Positions 50,306 through 60,173 of a stretch of DNA of 64,000 bases are shown one piece after another. The stretch's first letter is position 1; every line of letters starts with the position of its first letter. Source of the stretch: Candidatus Obscuribacteraceae bacterium (GTDB taxonomy: Bacteria; Cyanobacteriota; Vampirovibrionia; Obscuribacterales; Obscuribacteraceae); assembly GCA_044225915.1 (NCBI GenBank), contig JBGAHZ010000028.1, forward strand, positions 24,524 through 88,523, written 5' to 3'. The notes beneath the pieces were generated by a model. That model saw nothing but the letters and a program-made list of their open reading frames with translations. It made no database searches and was not told where the DNA came from. The position numbers were made by a program, and so were the translations under genes.

Positions 50306-51069
50306 TTAGCCTTGCGGCTTGTCGCCGGCCGGCGGGGTGGAGGGTGTGCTGGTCAGGGCGTCGAGCTTGGAGCGGCCGGACTTGGCGGCAGCCTTGGTCT
50401 TGATGTCCTTGAGCTCGCGCTCGCCGGCGGTGCCATCGGCCAGCTTCGCCTTGTTGCGGGCGACGTTGAGGTCGTGGTCGACGGCGTCGAAGTCCTCGGA
50501 GGCTTCGGAGAGCTGGTCGTTGATGTCCTTGGCCTGCTGCTTGGCGGCGGCCGAGGTGTTGATGGCGTCGGTCAGGTGAGCGTTGAGCTCGCTGTCGGCG
50601 ACCTTGTCGGCGAAGGCCTGGAGGGACTCGACGGTGGAGTCGAGGGCGGCCTGGGGGCCTGGGCTTCCTTGGAGGCGTTGGTGGCTTCGGCGAGGCGGCC
50701 CTTGATGCGCTCGACCTTGGCTTCGGCGGCTTCGAACTGCTTGCCGAGGGTGTCGAGGGCGGTTTCGGAGGCCTGCAGTTCCTTGGCGGTCTTGTACTCG
50801 CCCTGGATGGTGACGACGGCGGCCTGGGCTTCACCGAGGTCCTTGGTGATGTCGTCGACGGTGGCCATGCACTCGGCGACCGAGGTGCGCTGCGCGGGCA
50901 GGAGGGCCTTGAGCTGCTTGTAGCGGTCCTTGTTGCGCTCGACGGGCGTGGTGCCCTTGGAGACGACGGCGCCGCCGCGGATGCGGAGGAGCTGACGGAA
51001 GGCCGGCCAGGCGAAGAACAGGACGACGCCGAGGATGGCCAGAACGATAACGATGGTGGTACCAGTCAT
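50306..51069 (-). pseudogene. Tandem copy 1 of the membrane-anchored coiled-coil protein gene, frame-shifted by a 7-nt insertion near 50645
   Basis: The N-terminal 120 aa (MTGTTIVIVLAILGVVLFFAWPAFRQLLRIRGG…) are read by ORF 50572-51084, after which the frame is lost. Aligning against copy 2 shows an extra ggggcct. Confidence 0.55.
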
Positions 51070-51315
51070 GTGCGAATTCTCCAATTTGGATGTTTCGAGA
51101 TTTGGGAGTCAGGCGTGTTTGCCTGGATTTCCCGGTTTGGAGGAGCGACACATTGCCGCTCGCTCCGACACCTTCCACGTGGTGGCAGGTTGAAAAACGA
51201 TGTGGATGCCTCGAGAGACATCTACCTAATAACGAGCTGACGACCGAAATCGCCGACGAAGCGAGAGCTCCGCCGGCGATGCCTTGTGGTACTATCTGCG
51301 GTGCTCGGTTTGGGC

Positions 51316-51618
51316 TCAGAAGAAGAGCTTGTAACCGAGGCCGCCGATTGCAATCACCGCCAGAAGCAGGATGAACTGCAACTGTCTGATGCGAACGCGG
51401 TTTTCGGCTTCCGGCGCGGGTACCGGTTGTGGACGCTTCTCCGAGGGACCGGGAAGCCACCAGAACGGACCCGTGGGATCCAGTGAACTCCGTCGATAGT
51501 TCTGCTCGAAATTTCGCGCTCTTCGTGGAGCGAAGAGGAAGTAGTCGAACGTCAGGGCGACGATTCCCAGTGCGATCCCTGCTACGACGATGCCACCAAT
51601 CACGGTGAGGACGCTCAT
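51316..51618 (-). CDS. Small two-TM membrane protein between copies 1 and 2
   Basis: Hydrophobic N- and C-terminal helices (MSVLTVIGGIVVAGIALGIVALTF…ILLLAVIAIGGLGYKLFF). Confidence 0.3.
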   Translation of the reverse strand: MSVLTVIGGIVVAGIALGIVALTFDYFLFAPRRARNFEQNYRRSSLDPTGPFWWLPGPSEKRPQPVPAPEAENRVRIRQLQFILLLAVIAIGGLGYKLFF

Positions 51619-51802
51619 GCGTTTGCTCCGAACGGGCTTGCAACGGCATTGGCGCCGTGCTGTTAAGGGTGTTGTGCGATGTGAGCGATACCACTGAGCT
51701 TATGCTCGAGATGTTACCACCCGGGTGACGCGCGCCTCTGAACGACCATGACGTGCGGGCCTCGCACGAACATGGCCGCCCAGAGGCAATGGCTGAAGGC
51801 GA

Positions 51803-52573
51803 TCAGGCCTTCGGGGTGTCGCCGGCCGGCGGGGTGGTCGGGGCGGCCGGGGTGCTGGTCAGGGCGTCGAGCTTGGAGCGGCCGGACTTGGCGGCGGCCT
51901 TGGTCTTGATGTCCTTCAGCTCGCGCTCGCCGGCGGTGCCGTCGGCCAGCTTCGCCTTGTTGCGGGCGACGTTGAGGTCGTGGTCGACGGCGTCGAAGTC
52001 CTCGGCGGCCTCGGAGAGCTTGTCGTTGATGTCCTTGGCCTGCTGCTTGGCGGCGGCCGAGGTGTTGATGGCGTCGGTCAGGTGAGCGTTGAGCTCGCTG
52101 TCGGCGACCTTGTCGGCGAAGGCCTGGAGGGACTCGACGGTGGAGTCGAGGGCGGCCTGGGCTTCCTTGGAGGCGTTGGTGGCTTCGGCGCGAGGCGGCC
52201 CTTGATGCGCTCGACTTGGCTTCGGCGGCTTCGAACTGCTTGCCGAGGGTGTCGAGGGCGGTTTCGAGCCTGTGCAGTTCCTTGGCGGTCTTGTACTTTC
52301 GCCCTGGATGGTGACGACGGCGGCCTGGGCTTCCGCGAGGTCCTTGGTGATGTCGTCGACGGTGGCCATGCACTCGGCGACCGAGGTGGCGCTGCGCGGC
52401 AGGAGGGCTTCCTTGAGCTGCTTGTAGCGGTCCTTGTTGCGCTCGACGGGCGTGGTGCCCTTGGAGACGACTTCGCCGCCGCGGATGCGGAGGAGCTGGC
52501 GGAAGGCCGGCCAGGCGAAGAACAGGACGACGCCCAGGATGGCGAGCACGATAACGATGGTGGTTCCGGTCAT
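51803..52573 (-). CDS. Tandem copy 2: membrane-anchored coiled-coil protein (256 aa, DUF948-like TM plus helical architecture). Full-length ORF, but an internal segment is scrambled by compensating indels
   Basis: N-terminal TM helix followed by an Ala/Glu/Lys/Asp-rich helical domain and a Pro/Thr C-terminus. Residues about 95-145 (STRPPRNCTGSKPPSTPSASSSKPPKP…) are an alternate-frame reading of the segment that reads EYKTAKELQASETALDTLGKQFEAAEAKVERIKGRL in copy 1. Confidence 0.5.
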   Translation of the reverse strand: MTGTTIVIVLAILGVVLFFAWPAFRQLLRIRGGEVVSKGTTPVERNKDRYKQLKEALLPRSATSVAECMATVDDITKDLAEAQAAVVTIQGESTRPPRNCTGSKPPSTPSASSSKPPKPSRAHQGPPRAEATNASKEAQAALDSTVESLQAFADKVADSELNAHLTDAINTSAAAKQQAKDINDKLSEAAEDFDAVDHDLNVARNKAKLADGTAGERELKDIKTKAAAKSGRSKLDALTSTPAAPTTPPAGDTPKA

Positions 52574-53016
52574 GTGTGATTACTCCAGTTAGGATTTGTC
52601 GATTTGAGCAGAGCGTGATTGCCCTGCTCGGTGAGGTCGAAGGGCACATCGCCGTTCGACCAGTACGCTTGACCGTGACTCGGTCAGCAAGAGAAAACCA
52701 GGCGGTGATTGCCTTGTGGCACACGCCGCCCATACGCTCTTCCTGTTCCTCAGTCCGAGACGCACTCTGGCGTCGTCTGGCTGAAGACCGATGGGAAGAG
52801 GCAGAAGGTCGTCTGTGAGAGCACGACCGTCTGCCTCTCTCCACCTCTGTCTGTCGAGCAGGCAGAGGAAGAGAGGGCGAGCCGGAGGCAGTTGTCTGCG
52901 CATCCGGCTCGCGCCAGGGAGGCTTCAGCACCTGGGCTGTACCAGTCAGTCATTGCTGAACGGGTACAGCCCTCCGGTACTACCGGCGGTGCATGAAGTG
53001 AGCCGAACCGAACGGG

Positions 53017-53780
53017 GCGTTCGACTTAGCTCTGCGGCTTGTCGCCGGCCGGCGGGGTGGTCGGGGTGCTGGTCAGGGCGTCGAGCTTGGAGCGGCCGGA
53101 CTTGGCGGCGCCTTGGTCTTGATGTCCTTCAGCTCGCGCTCGCCGGCGGTGCCGTCGGCCAGCTTCGCCTTGTTGCGGGCGACGTTGAGGTCGTGGTCGA
53201 CGGCGTCGAAGTCCTCGGAGGCTCGGAGAGCTTGTCGTTGATGTCCTTGCCTGGTTGCTGGCGGCGGCCGAGGTGTTGATGGCGTCGGTCAGGTGAGCGT
53301 TGAGCTCGCTGTCGGCGACCTTGTCGGCGAAGAGCTGGAGGGACTCGACGGTGGAGTCGAGGGCGGGCCTGGGCTTCTTTGGAGGCGTTGGTGGCTTCGG
53401 CGAGGCGGCCTTTGATGCGCTCGACCTTGGCTTCGGCGGCTTCGAACTGCTTGCCGAGGGTGTCGAGGGCGGTTTCGGAGGCCTGCAGGTTCCTTGGCGG
53501 TCTTGTACTCGCCCTGGATGGTGACGACGGCGGCCTGGGCTTCACCGAGGTCCTTGGTGATGTCGTCGACGGTGGCCATGCACTCGGCGACCGAGGTGCG
53601 CTGAGCGGGCAGGAGGGCCTTGAGCTGCTTGTAGCGGTCCTTGTTGCGCTCGACGGGCGTGGTGCCCTTGGAGACGACTTCGCCGCCGCGGATGCGGAGG
53701 AGCTGGCGGAAGGCCGGCCAGGCGAAGAACAGGACGACGCCCAGGATGGCGAGAACGATAACGATGGTGGTGCCAGTCAT
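53017..53780 (-). pseudogene. Tandem copy 3 of the same gene, frame-shifted by a 1-nt insertion near 53374 and other indels
   Basis: ORF 53289-53885 reads MTGTT… through EYKTAKE, then loses frame. The C-terminal segment is found in other frames. Confidence 0.55.
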
Positions 53781-53997
53781 GTGATTGTACCTTTCGGATT
53801 TTGCCTTGTAAGGCGTTGGTGCGAGGCTTGCTTCGTGCAAGTGTCTCGCGGGTGTGAGCGCACTCGATGGAGGCGCCCGTAGCAAGACTGCACGCCGCCA
53901 TCAGGCGACGTGCTTTAGCGAAAAACCAAACAGTCTGTCGCTTGCGGTGGTTGACGACTACCTTCTCATGCTCCGGTCGAAACCGAAGACAATCGAT

Positions 53998-56900
53998 TTA
54001 GTAGTTGCCGCCGCCGCTGCGACCCTGATAAGACGCGCCGCCGGAGCCTCGATCGATGTTGCCACCGCCCGAGTTGCTCGGTCCGCTTGAGCGCGGGGTG
54101 TCGCCACCGCCGCCGTTGAACCCGCCACCGTTGAAGCCACCGCCGTTGCCGCCGGTGTTCTTCGGACGCATGGCTTCGCGCAGCGCTGCGGCCGCCGCTT
54201 CGGCTGCCGCTACTGCATCGTCGTGCTTCTTCTTGGCGCGGCCTGCGGCTGCCTCGTCGGCTTCTTCGGCTTCCGTGAACGCGGACTTCGCCTTGCTCTT
54301 GGCAGTGGCGTAATCCTTGTTGCGGAAGGCGTTGGCCGATTCGCGCAGCCGAGCATTGGCGGTCGAGACGTCGGCCTGGACGTCGTAGCCGTAGTCGTGA
54401 CGCGACACCGCCGCGATCTTCTCGCTGGCGGAGTCGTAGGCTGCATCGGCTTCGCCGCAGAGCTTGATCTCGGTCTGCGCCGATTCCTTGGCTTCGTCTG
54501 CCCTGGTCTTGGCGGCCCCGGCGTCGGAGCTGATGTCAGCCCAGTCGGACTTGGCGATGGTCAGCCGGCGGTTGGCTTCGTTGTAGGCGGAATTTGCCGC
54601 GGTCAGTTCGTCGCGAGTGCCCTGCGTGGTAGCGTTGTTGCTGACGTAGGGCTGCGCTTGCTGGATTGCGGTGTAAGCCGCGGCCACATCCGTGCGAGCC
54701 TGATCGTAGGCACGCTTCTGCGCGGCGATTGCCGTGTCGAAGCCTTCGAAACTGGCGACCACTTCGTGAGCGGCCTTGTTGACGGCCGGCCAGTCAGCGA
54801 TCTTCTTGTCGGACTCGACCTTCTGCCGATCGAGCTTGATCTTCGCGTCGGCGAATGCCTTGTCGGTCGCGGCAGAGGTGGTGAAGCTGTTGTCGCGGAA
54901 CACGCGAGCCAGACGTTCTGCGGTCTTGAGGCAAGTCGCGACGGTATCGCGGCTGTCCTGACGCAGACGGCGCAGCTCTTTCAGATGCGCGTGCACCTGA
55001 GTCAGCTCGCTGCGGGCGTTGTCCAGTGCCGACTGCGTGCTGCGGACCAGCGCGCGAGCGGCGATGAAGCGCTGCTGGTCGTAGAGCGCCTTGATGTTGG
55101 CCAGGCGCGTAATGGTGGCGTCGGCGGTGCCGTGCCCATTCGTCACCTTGGTGGGCTGGGTGCCGACGTTGGCAGCCAGGAAGTCGCGGTTGAGCTCCAC
55201 GACAGCCTCGTCGGCGGCCGGCAGTTCGTTGTTGAGGCTGACCAGCGTGGTGCGTGCGGGCGTCACGCTTCCTTCGACCGTAGCCTTGGCGGAGACGATG
55301 TCGTCCACCAGCTTGCTCGCCTTGTCGGCAAACGCGCTGGCTTCGCCCTTGGCCTTGTCCGCCTCGTCGAGCTTGCCCGCATAGACGAGGGCCGTGGCGC
55401 TGTCCCAGCTCTTCTGTGCGTCGGCGAGATGGGCATCCGGATTGGCGCCTTCCTCATCGAGCAAGAAACTGGGCGAACGCAGCTCCATCGGCTTGGACTC
55501 ATCCTTGCCGAGCGGGTACTGGTAGGCAGCCGCGGCCTTGCGTTGATCGGCGACCTTGGTGGTCGACGTGCCGATCTGGGTGCGCACGGTGGCCAGCAGC
55601 TTCTTGATGGAGATTGCCCGCTTGAGCCGCTCCCCGAGTGCCTTGAACCCGGCTTCGACCGTTTCGGAGCCGGCGAAGGCTTCCAGCGGATCGGAGCTGA
55701 GAATGGCGATGAAGGCGGTTTGACCTGCCTTCAGCTCGCGAATCGTTCCTTCATAGGGTTCCATCGTCAGCTCGGCAGCCTTGATGTCCGCCCGCTGAGC
55801 GTTGACCTGGCCGTCCAGGGCTTCGACGTCAAGCTTGTTCTGCTTGGCGCCGTTGAAGGCGGAGACGATGCCGGCCAGTGCCTTGTTGGTGCGCTCGAAC
55901 AGAGCCGACATGGCGTCGAGCAGTTCGCCCGGCTTGTAGTCGGCTTTCTCGACCAGACCCCCGAACAGCGTCGCCTCTTCCAGCGGCAGATTGTCGCCGG
56001 TCACCTCGATGGTGCGAAGGCTGAGCAGTTGCTCGACTTCGTCGAAGCCTTTGACCGACGGGAACGAATTGGAGGCGAACGCTTTGCGCGCAGCTTCCAG
56101 GGTGTCCGTCGCCACCTTGCGACGAGCGGAGAATGCGGCGAAGTCCTTACACGCTGCCGTGTAGGTCGTGAGCGTGCGGTTCTTGAACTTGGTCTTCCAG
56201 TCCGACTGCTCGGTGAGGAAGCCCATGTAGCCCGTGCGCAGCTTGAGGTAGAGCGCGTTTGCCGAGTCGAGCTTGGTGGCCCAATCGGCAATCAGCGCTT
56301 CCATCTTCTTGCGGCGCGACGAGTTGCGCACAAGAAGGAAGATCAGTGTGCCAAGGAGGATGGCGGCCAGGGCGCCTCCGCCGATGTAGTACGGCATCGC
56401 CTTCTGGAGCGCCGCTGCCTTTTCGGCTTCGGCCTGACGAGCCTTGATGCCGTCGATGTTGCCGTTGACCACGACGACGATGGCTTCGAACGCGCCGGCC
56501 GGGTCCTGAGGCATGAAGCGCCTCAAGTTGGGAATCACCGGTCCGGAAGTCGTGTCGGAGAAGTAGGCGGCGGTCATCCCCCAATCGGAGAACAAGTTGC
56601 CGCCTTGAGCAGCAACCGATCCCTTATTGGGATTGTCGGCTCGCCGCACCCACATGATGATCATGTAGTTGTCGGACGGGAAGCCGGGTCGCGACTGCCA
56701 CTTCAAGACGAGCTTGTCGAGCGCGTCTCGGCCGGGGATGGAAGCGTTGGCCAGGTCGGAAGCGCCTTCGGTCGCCACCACATAGATCTGCAGTCCGTTG
56801 CGCTGCCCTTCTTGAATCAGTTTGGGCTCGAGTGCGGACAAATCGACCGGTGCCTGACGGTTGCGCGCCAGTTGCGGGTCGACATATACATGCCTGTCCG

Positions 56901-57021
56901 GGCTGAATTCCGGAAGCCAGGTCTGAGATGACTGCGCGAGTGCCGGCTGTGCTAGCACCATGAAGGTGAGCAGCAGAGCCGCTGTGATTACACTGCGCCA
57001 ATGCGAAAGTTGTCTGAGCAT
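53998..57021 (-). CDS. TPM-domain (TLP18.3/Psb32/MOLO-1) membrane protein with a long cytoplasmic coiled-coil and a Gly-rich C-terminus (1007 aa)
   Basis: Signal peptide. The periplasmic region (…HVYVDPQLARNRQAPVDLSALEPKLIQEGQRNGLQIYVVAT…AIVVVVNGNIDGIKA) is TPM-like. A single TM follows (YYIGGGALAAILLGTLIFLLV). The tail is GGNGGGFNGGGFNGGGG. Confidence 0.55.
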   Translation of the reverse strand: MLRQLSHWRSVITAALLLTFMVLAQPALAQSSQTWLPEFSPDRHVYVDPQLARNRQAPVDLSALEPKLIQEGQRNGLQIYVVATEGASDLANASIPGRDALDKLVLKWQSRPGFPSDNYMIIMWVRRADNPNKGSVAAQGGNLFSDWGMTAAYFSDTTSGPVIPNLRRFMPQDPAGAFEAIVVVVNGNIDGIKARQAEAEKAAALQKAMPYYIGGGALAAILLGTLIFLLVRNSSRRKKMEALIADWATKLDSANALYLKLRTGYMGFLTEQSDWKTKFKNRTLTTYTAACKDFAAFSARRKVATDTLEAARKAFASNSFPSVKGFDEVEQLLSLRTIEVTGDNLPLEEATLFGGLVEKADYKPGELLDAMSALFERTNKALAGIVSAFNGAKQNKLDVEALDGQVNAQRADIKAAELTMEPYEGTIRELKAGQTAFIAILSSDPLEAFAGSETVEAGFKALGERLKRAISIKKLLATVRTQIGTSTTKVADQRKAAAAYQYPLGKDESKPMELRSPSFLLDEEGANPDAHLADAQKSWDSATALVYAGKLDEADKAKGEASAFADKASKLVDDIVSAKATVEGSVTPARTTLVSLNNELPAADEAVVELNRDFLAANVGTQPTKVTNGHGTADATITRLANIKALYDQQRFIAARALVRSTQSALDNARSELTQVHAHLKELRRLRQDSRDTVATCLKTAERLARVFRDNSFTTSAATDKAFADAKIKLDRQKVESDKKIADWPAVNKAAHEVVASFEGFDTAIAAQKRAYDQARTDVAAAYTAIQQAQPYVSNNATTQGTRDELTAANSAYNEANRRLTIAKSDWADISSDAGAAKTRADEAKESAQTEIKLCGEADAAYDSASEKIAAVSRHDYGYDVQADVSTANARLRESANAFRNKDYATAKSKAKSAFTEAEEADEAAAGRAKKKHDDAVAAAEAAAAALREAMRPKNTGGNGGGFNGGGFNGGGGDTPRSSGPSNSGGGNIDRGSGGASYQGRSGGGNY

Positions 57022-57479
57022 GAGAACTCCCAGCTGTTGGTTCGTTTGCGCTTAGCGTGATTACTGGAGCGCATGGCAAAACCGCCTCGTGAGAGACAGT
57101 GTGAAATTCGGTGTGCGATGGTTAGAACGGTTGGGGTGAGGGGTGAGACTTCCAGAGCTGCGGTTGAAACAAGATACGCACAGAACCTACGAAACGGCTG
57201 GACGTGTGCCCAACGATTATTGACGGTTTGTGAAGTTATCTCGTATTAACCCCGCCGAAAATTTGCCGAATTCGGGGTTGCCAAGAGCCACTCGATCAAT
57301 ATCGAATGGCTCTCGACAAGCTTCTCGTGACATCACGGCAAAATTATGATGTGACGGAATTTAAGCACCTCTTGACTAGCCAAGTTAGCGTAGCGCGAAC
57401 CATGGTTTCTAAGAGCCGCTTAATTAGCCGGTTTCGAAGGCCGTTCTCGGTGTTCGAGTGCACTGCATATGGTGGCGCG

Positions 57480-58619
57480 CTATTCGGTTTTCTCTGTGTC
57501 CGCCGTTTGAGCTGGCGTTTCCGTCCCCACCTTCGTGGTCGCTGACGGGCTCGCCGCGCCGGGACTCGAGGCGCCCAGGCTGTCGGGGCAAGACTGGCAG
57601 TGACGACGCGAGCTCACTTTGATCTGCACTTCGTTACTGCACGCCTGTACGCGCAGGGCGCGGATGCCCTTCAAAAGCCGGCTCTCATCAGGATTCACGT
57701 CGACCGGCGCTTTGATGGCTGCCGTATACGGATTCAGATCGAGATGCATGCGCACCCAGTATGTGTTGGTGTGCGTCACGGGCCAGCGCGCCGGAAGCTT
57801 GAGTTCATCAGGGATGTGACTCTCCGGCAGATTTTGCAGACTGACCAGCCAGGTCTCTTGCAATACCGTCAGGCGCGAACCGCCATCGCGGGCGGAGAAC
57901 TCGGACAACCCCTGGGCAAGCGCATTGTAAGCCAGTTCGTGTTCACCATACGTGAAACGAAAGTTGTTGCGCTCGAAGAAGCGCGCGACGTTAAACCAGC
58001 TCGGTACCGCGTCGACGCGGTGATAACCCAGCTCTTTGAGCAGCTTGATGGTTTCCTTGATGAAAAACTGCGGTACGCCCTTCATCGGACGAGCCGTCTG
58101 CCAGGGACCACGACCGATGTGAAACGCCTGCTCCCACAAGGGAAAGAATGTGGAGGGCTGGAAGTTTTTCCAGACATAATAGTCCGGGTCGGCAATGAAG
58201 TGGCCGAGAGTGCCTTCCGTAGCCAATCCATCGAGCAGGGTCTGTGGATCCCAGGAGTAGATGGAAATTTCGCACGCTTCGAAACCGACACCAGGCAAGC
58301 GATTGCAAGCCGGGTCGACGTTGGGGTAGAACGTCAAAGGCGAGCTGCCGTCCGTGCCGTCCAGTTTGCGGTCACGGATGGCGCACATGAGGATCTTCTC
58401 GCCTTTGTTCCAGGCTTCGATCAACACGCGCACGCCGTCGTTGCGAACCAGGATGCGTCCGGATTTGCCGGTGTAAGTATAAAACGTGACGCCACCAGCT
58501 TCTTTGACTTCAGGGTCGGTAAGCGGAATAGCGATTTCTGCAAGAGCAAAGACCGATGAATGCACCAGTCGAGTAAGAATCTGTCCCGTAGGGACCATAG
58601 AAATTTTTGTCTTTTCCAT
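57480..58619 (-). CDS. Conserved hypothetical protein, paralog of 24109-25173; possible GNAT-fold C-terminal half
   Basis: Paralogous blocks are listed under 24109-25173. LKELGYHRVDAVPSWFNVARFFERNNFRF resembles the GNAT 'N..A..fY.k.GF' motif. Confidence 0.4.
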   Translation of the reverse strand: MEKTKISMVPTGQILTRLVHSSVFALAEIAIPLTDPEVKEAGGVTFYTYTGKSGRILVRNDGVRVLIEAWNKGEKILMCAIRDRKLDGTDGSSPLTFYPNVDPACNRLPGVGFEACEISIYSWDPQTLLDGLATEGTLGHFIADPDYYVWKNFQPSTFFPLWEQAFHIGRGPWQTARPMKGVPQFFIKETIKLLKELGYHRVDAVPSWFNVARFFERNNFRFTYGEHELAYNALAQGLSEFSARDGGSRLTVLQETWLVSLQNLPESHIPDELKLPARWPVTHTNTYWVRMHLDLNPYTAAIKAPVDVNPDESRLLKGIRALRVQACSNEVQIKVSSRRHCQSCPDSLGASSPGAASPSATTKVGTETPAQTADTEKTE

Positions 58620-59510
58620 GGTTTGACTCCATGTTTAGTTGTTATCACCGGCTCTAGTCAGCAGGTGCTCGTTCAAGAAAGCTGATGGTGCGCGCGTTTC
58701 CATCTGCATATCAGGCAGAAGTGAAAGAGCTTTCGAATGAGTGAGTGCGCGCTAGTTCAGTTGCAGGTACTGTCAGATTGAAAATAAGAAGTACAGATGA
58801 ACTAACAAATCATGAGATGTTATTACTAGTTCGAGAATCTGAATTGTTTTTCTATGGGCAATTGCAAACCACTTAAATTTCGACTGCGAACACGCGAAAA
58901 CGCTAACTTTTGAAATGCTTAAGCGCCGCTCAGGAAGCGGGTTGTTGAGATTGTTTACAACCGGTGACAAGTTGCGCTAGCGATCAATCTTTCGTTAATA
59001 ATTGCCCGCTAGGTTTTGGAAAAACGTTGATGGAAAGCGGCTTTGCGCCGTTTAAACCGCTACTCATCTGCGGTTTGGGCTCTATATATCACGACGATTG
59101 ATCTGGCCTTAGTAGTGTTTAACTCTTGTGTTATTGCTCCAAAAGCCGAGTTTCACATAGCTTGTGTAGTCAACTTCAATTCTTTTCCAAACAGGACCTT
59201 TTCGCCGCACAGTATGCACTCGAACTCACTCACCGCCAAAACAATCGTCTGAAAAACGATGTGAGTACGCGTCCTGTCCAAACCTGGAAGAGAAGTTGAA
59301 GAAAAAAGTTCGGTTGAAGAATAAGTTCGGCACTGTCTTGAGCGCTTTCCGGTGAGAAGCGATCAGGTGGTGCTTGCACGATTGTCTTCAGACCGAAGTA
59401 GTGTTCGTTCCTTGCTCGTGATGTCATCCGCGGTGGCATTAATCGAGCAGGTCTTAACCCGGGATGAAACGATGTTGCGATCGTTTTGTCTCAACCAAGG
59501 AGAGTTCTCC

Positions 59511-60173
59511 ATGAAAGCAAAATTCCTAGTTTCTGCCGCCCTCGGGGCAGGCAAGAAGAAATCGGGTGTCGAGCAGGTGGAAACACCGATGCTGATGCTC
59601 GCGAAGTTTTCAGGGATGAACCTGAGCGCCGATCTGGAAGGGTTGGTCGCAAGCTCCGATGGTCTCATCCAGGACCGGCTGACGGAGAGCGGCTTCAAAG
59701 GTGTAGCTGGTGAACAGCTCACCATCGAGCTCGCTCCCGGCAGCAAGCAAAAGCAGGTGATGTTCGTCGGGCTCGGTAAAGCCGGCGGCTTCAACTGCGG
59801 CACTGTCCGTGATACCATCAAGCTGGCCGTCGAAAACGCTGTCGCGACCGGCAGCGAGCGGCTGTCCATCCCAATCATGCCCAACCGGCTGACGTCAGCC
59901 AGCATGGGTCTCATGTTCACCGCCCACATCATCAAGTGCGTCGCCGACGACGTGCTGGCTGAGAAGAAGGGCGATGGCACACTCGAGATCGAGCTGATCA
60001 CGTCTCCGCATGGCAAGCGCCATGTGGAAGCCGGCATCAAGAAGGCACGCAAGCAGTCCGGTCCCAAGCCTTGCGGCGTTTGCGATGAGGTCAAGCCGAA
60101 GGCTGCCAGCAAATCGGCCGCCAAGCCGGATGCCAAAGCCGCAGGCACCAAGAAAGCCGCTTGCAGGAAGTAG
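59511..60173 (+). CDS. Stand-alone protein resembling the N-terminal domain of M17 leucyl aminopeptidase, with a Lys/Ala-rich tail
   Basis: AAGGAGA RBS. FKGVAGEQLTIELAPGSKQKQVMFVGLGKAGGF…SERLSIPIM resembles the Peptidase_M17_N fold. No catalytic domain is present. Confidence 0.3.
   Translation: MKAKFLVSAALGAGKKKSGVEQVETPMLMLAKFSGMNLSADLEGLVASSDGLIQDRLTESGFKGVAGEQLTIELAPGSKQKQVMFVGLGKAGGFNCGTVRDTIKLAVENAVATGSERLSIPIMPNRLTSASMGLMFTAHIIKCVADDVLAEKKGDGTLEIELITSPHGKRHVEAGIKKARKQSGPKPCGVCDEVKPKAASKSAAKPDAKAAGTKKAACRK

Noticed and set aside
50286-53545. Pro/Arg-rich ORFs in alternate frames across the tandem gene copies (e.g. 50286-50834 -, 51714-52931 -, 53129-53545 -)
   Set aside because: These are alternate-frame readings of the same GC-rich repeated gene. 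Their 'PRPPSSPSRAS…RRRRPRPQRR' composition is non-biological. They are products of the indels, not separate genes.
54223-56931. 902-aa plus-strand ORF opposite the large TPM-domain gene
   Set aside because: Same GC-artefact signature (Gly/Arg/Val/Leu-rich with no motifs). The minus-strand product has the signal peptide, TPM domain and TM.
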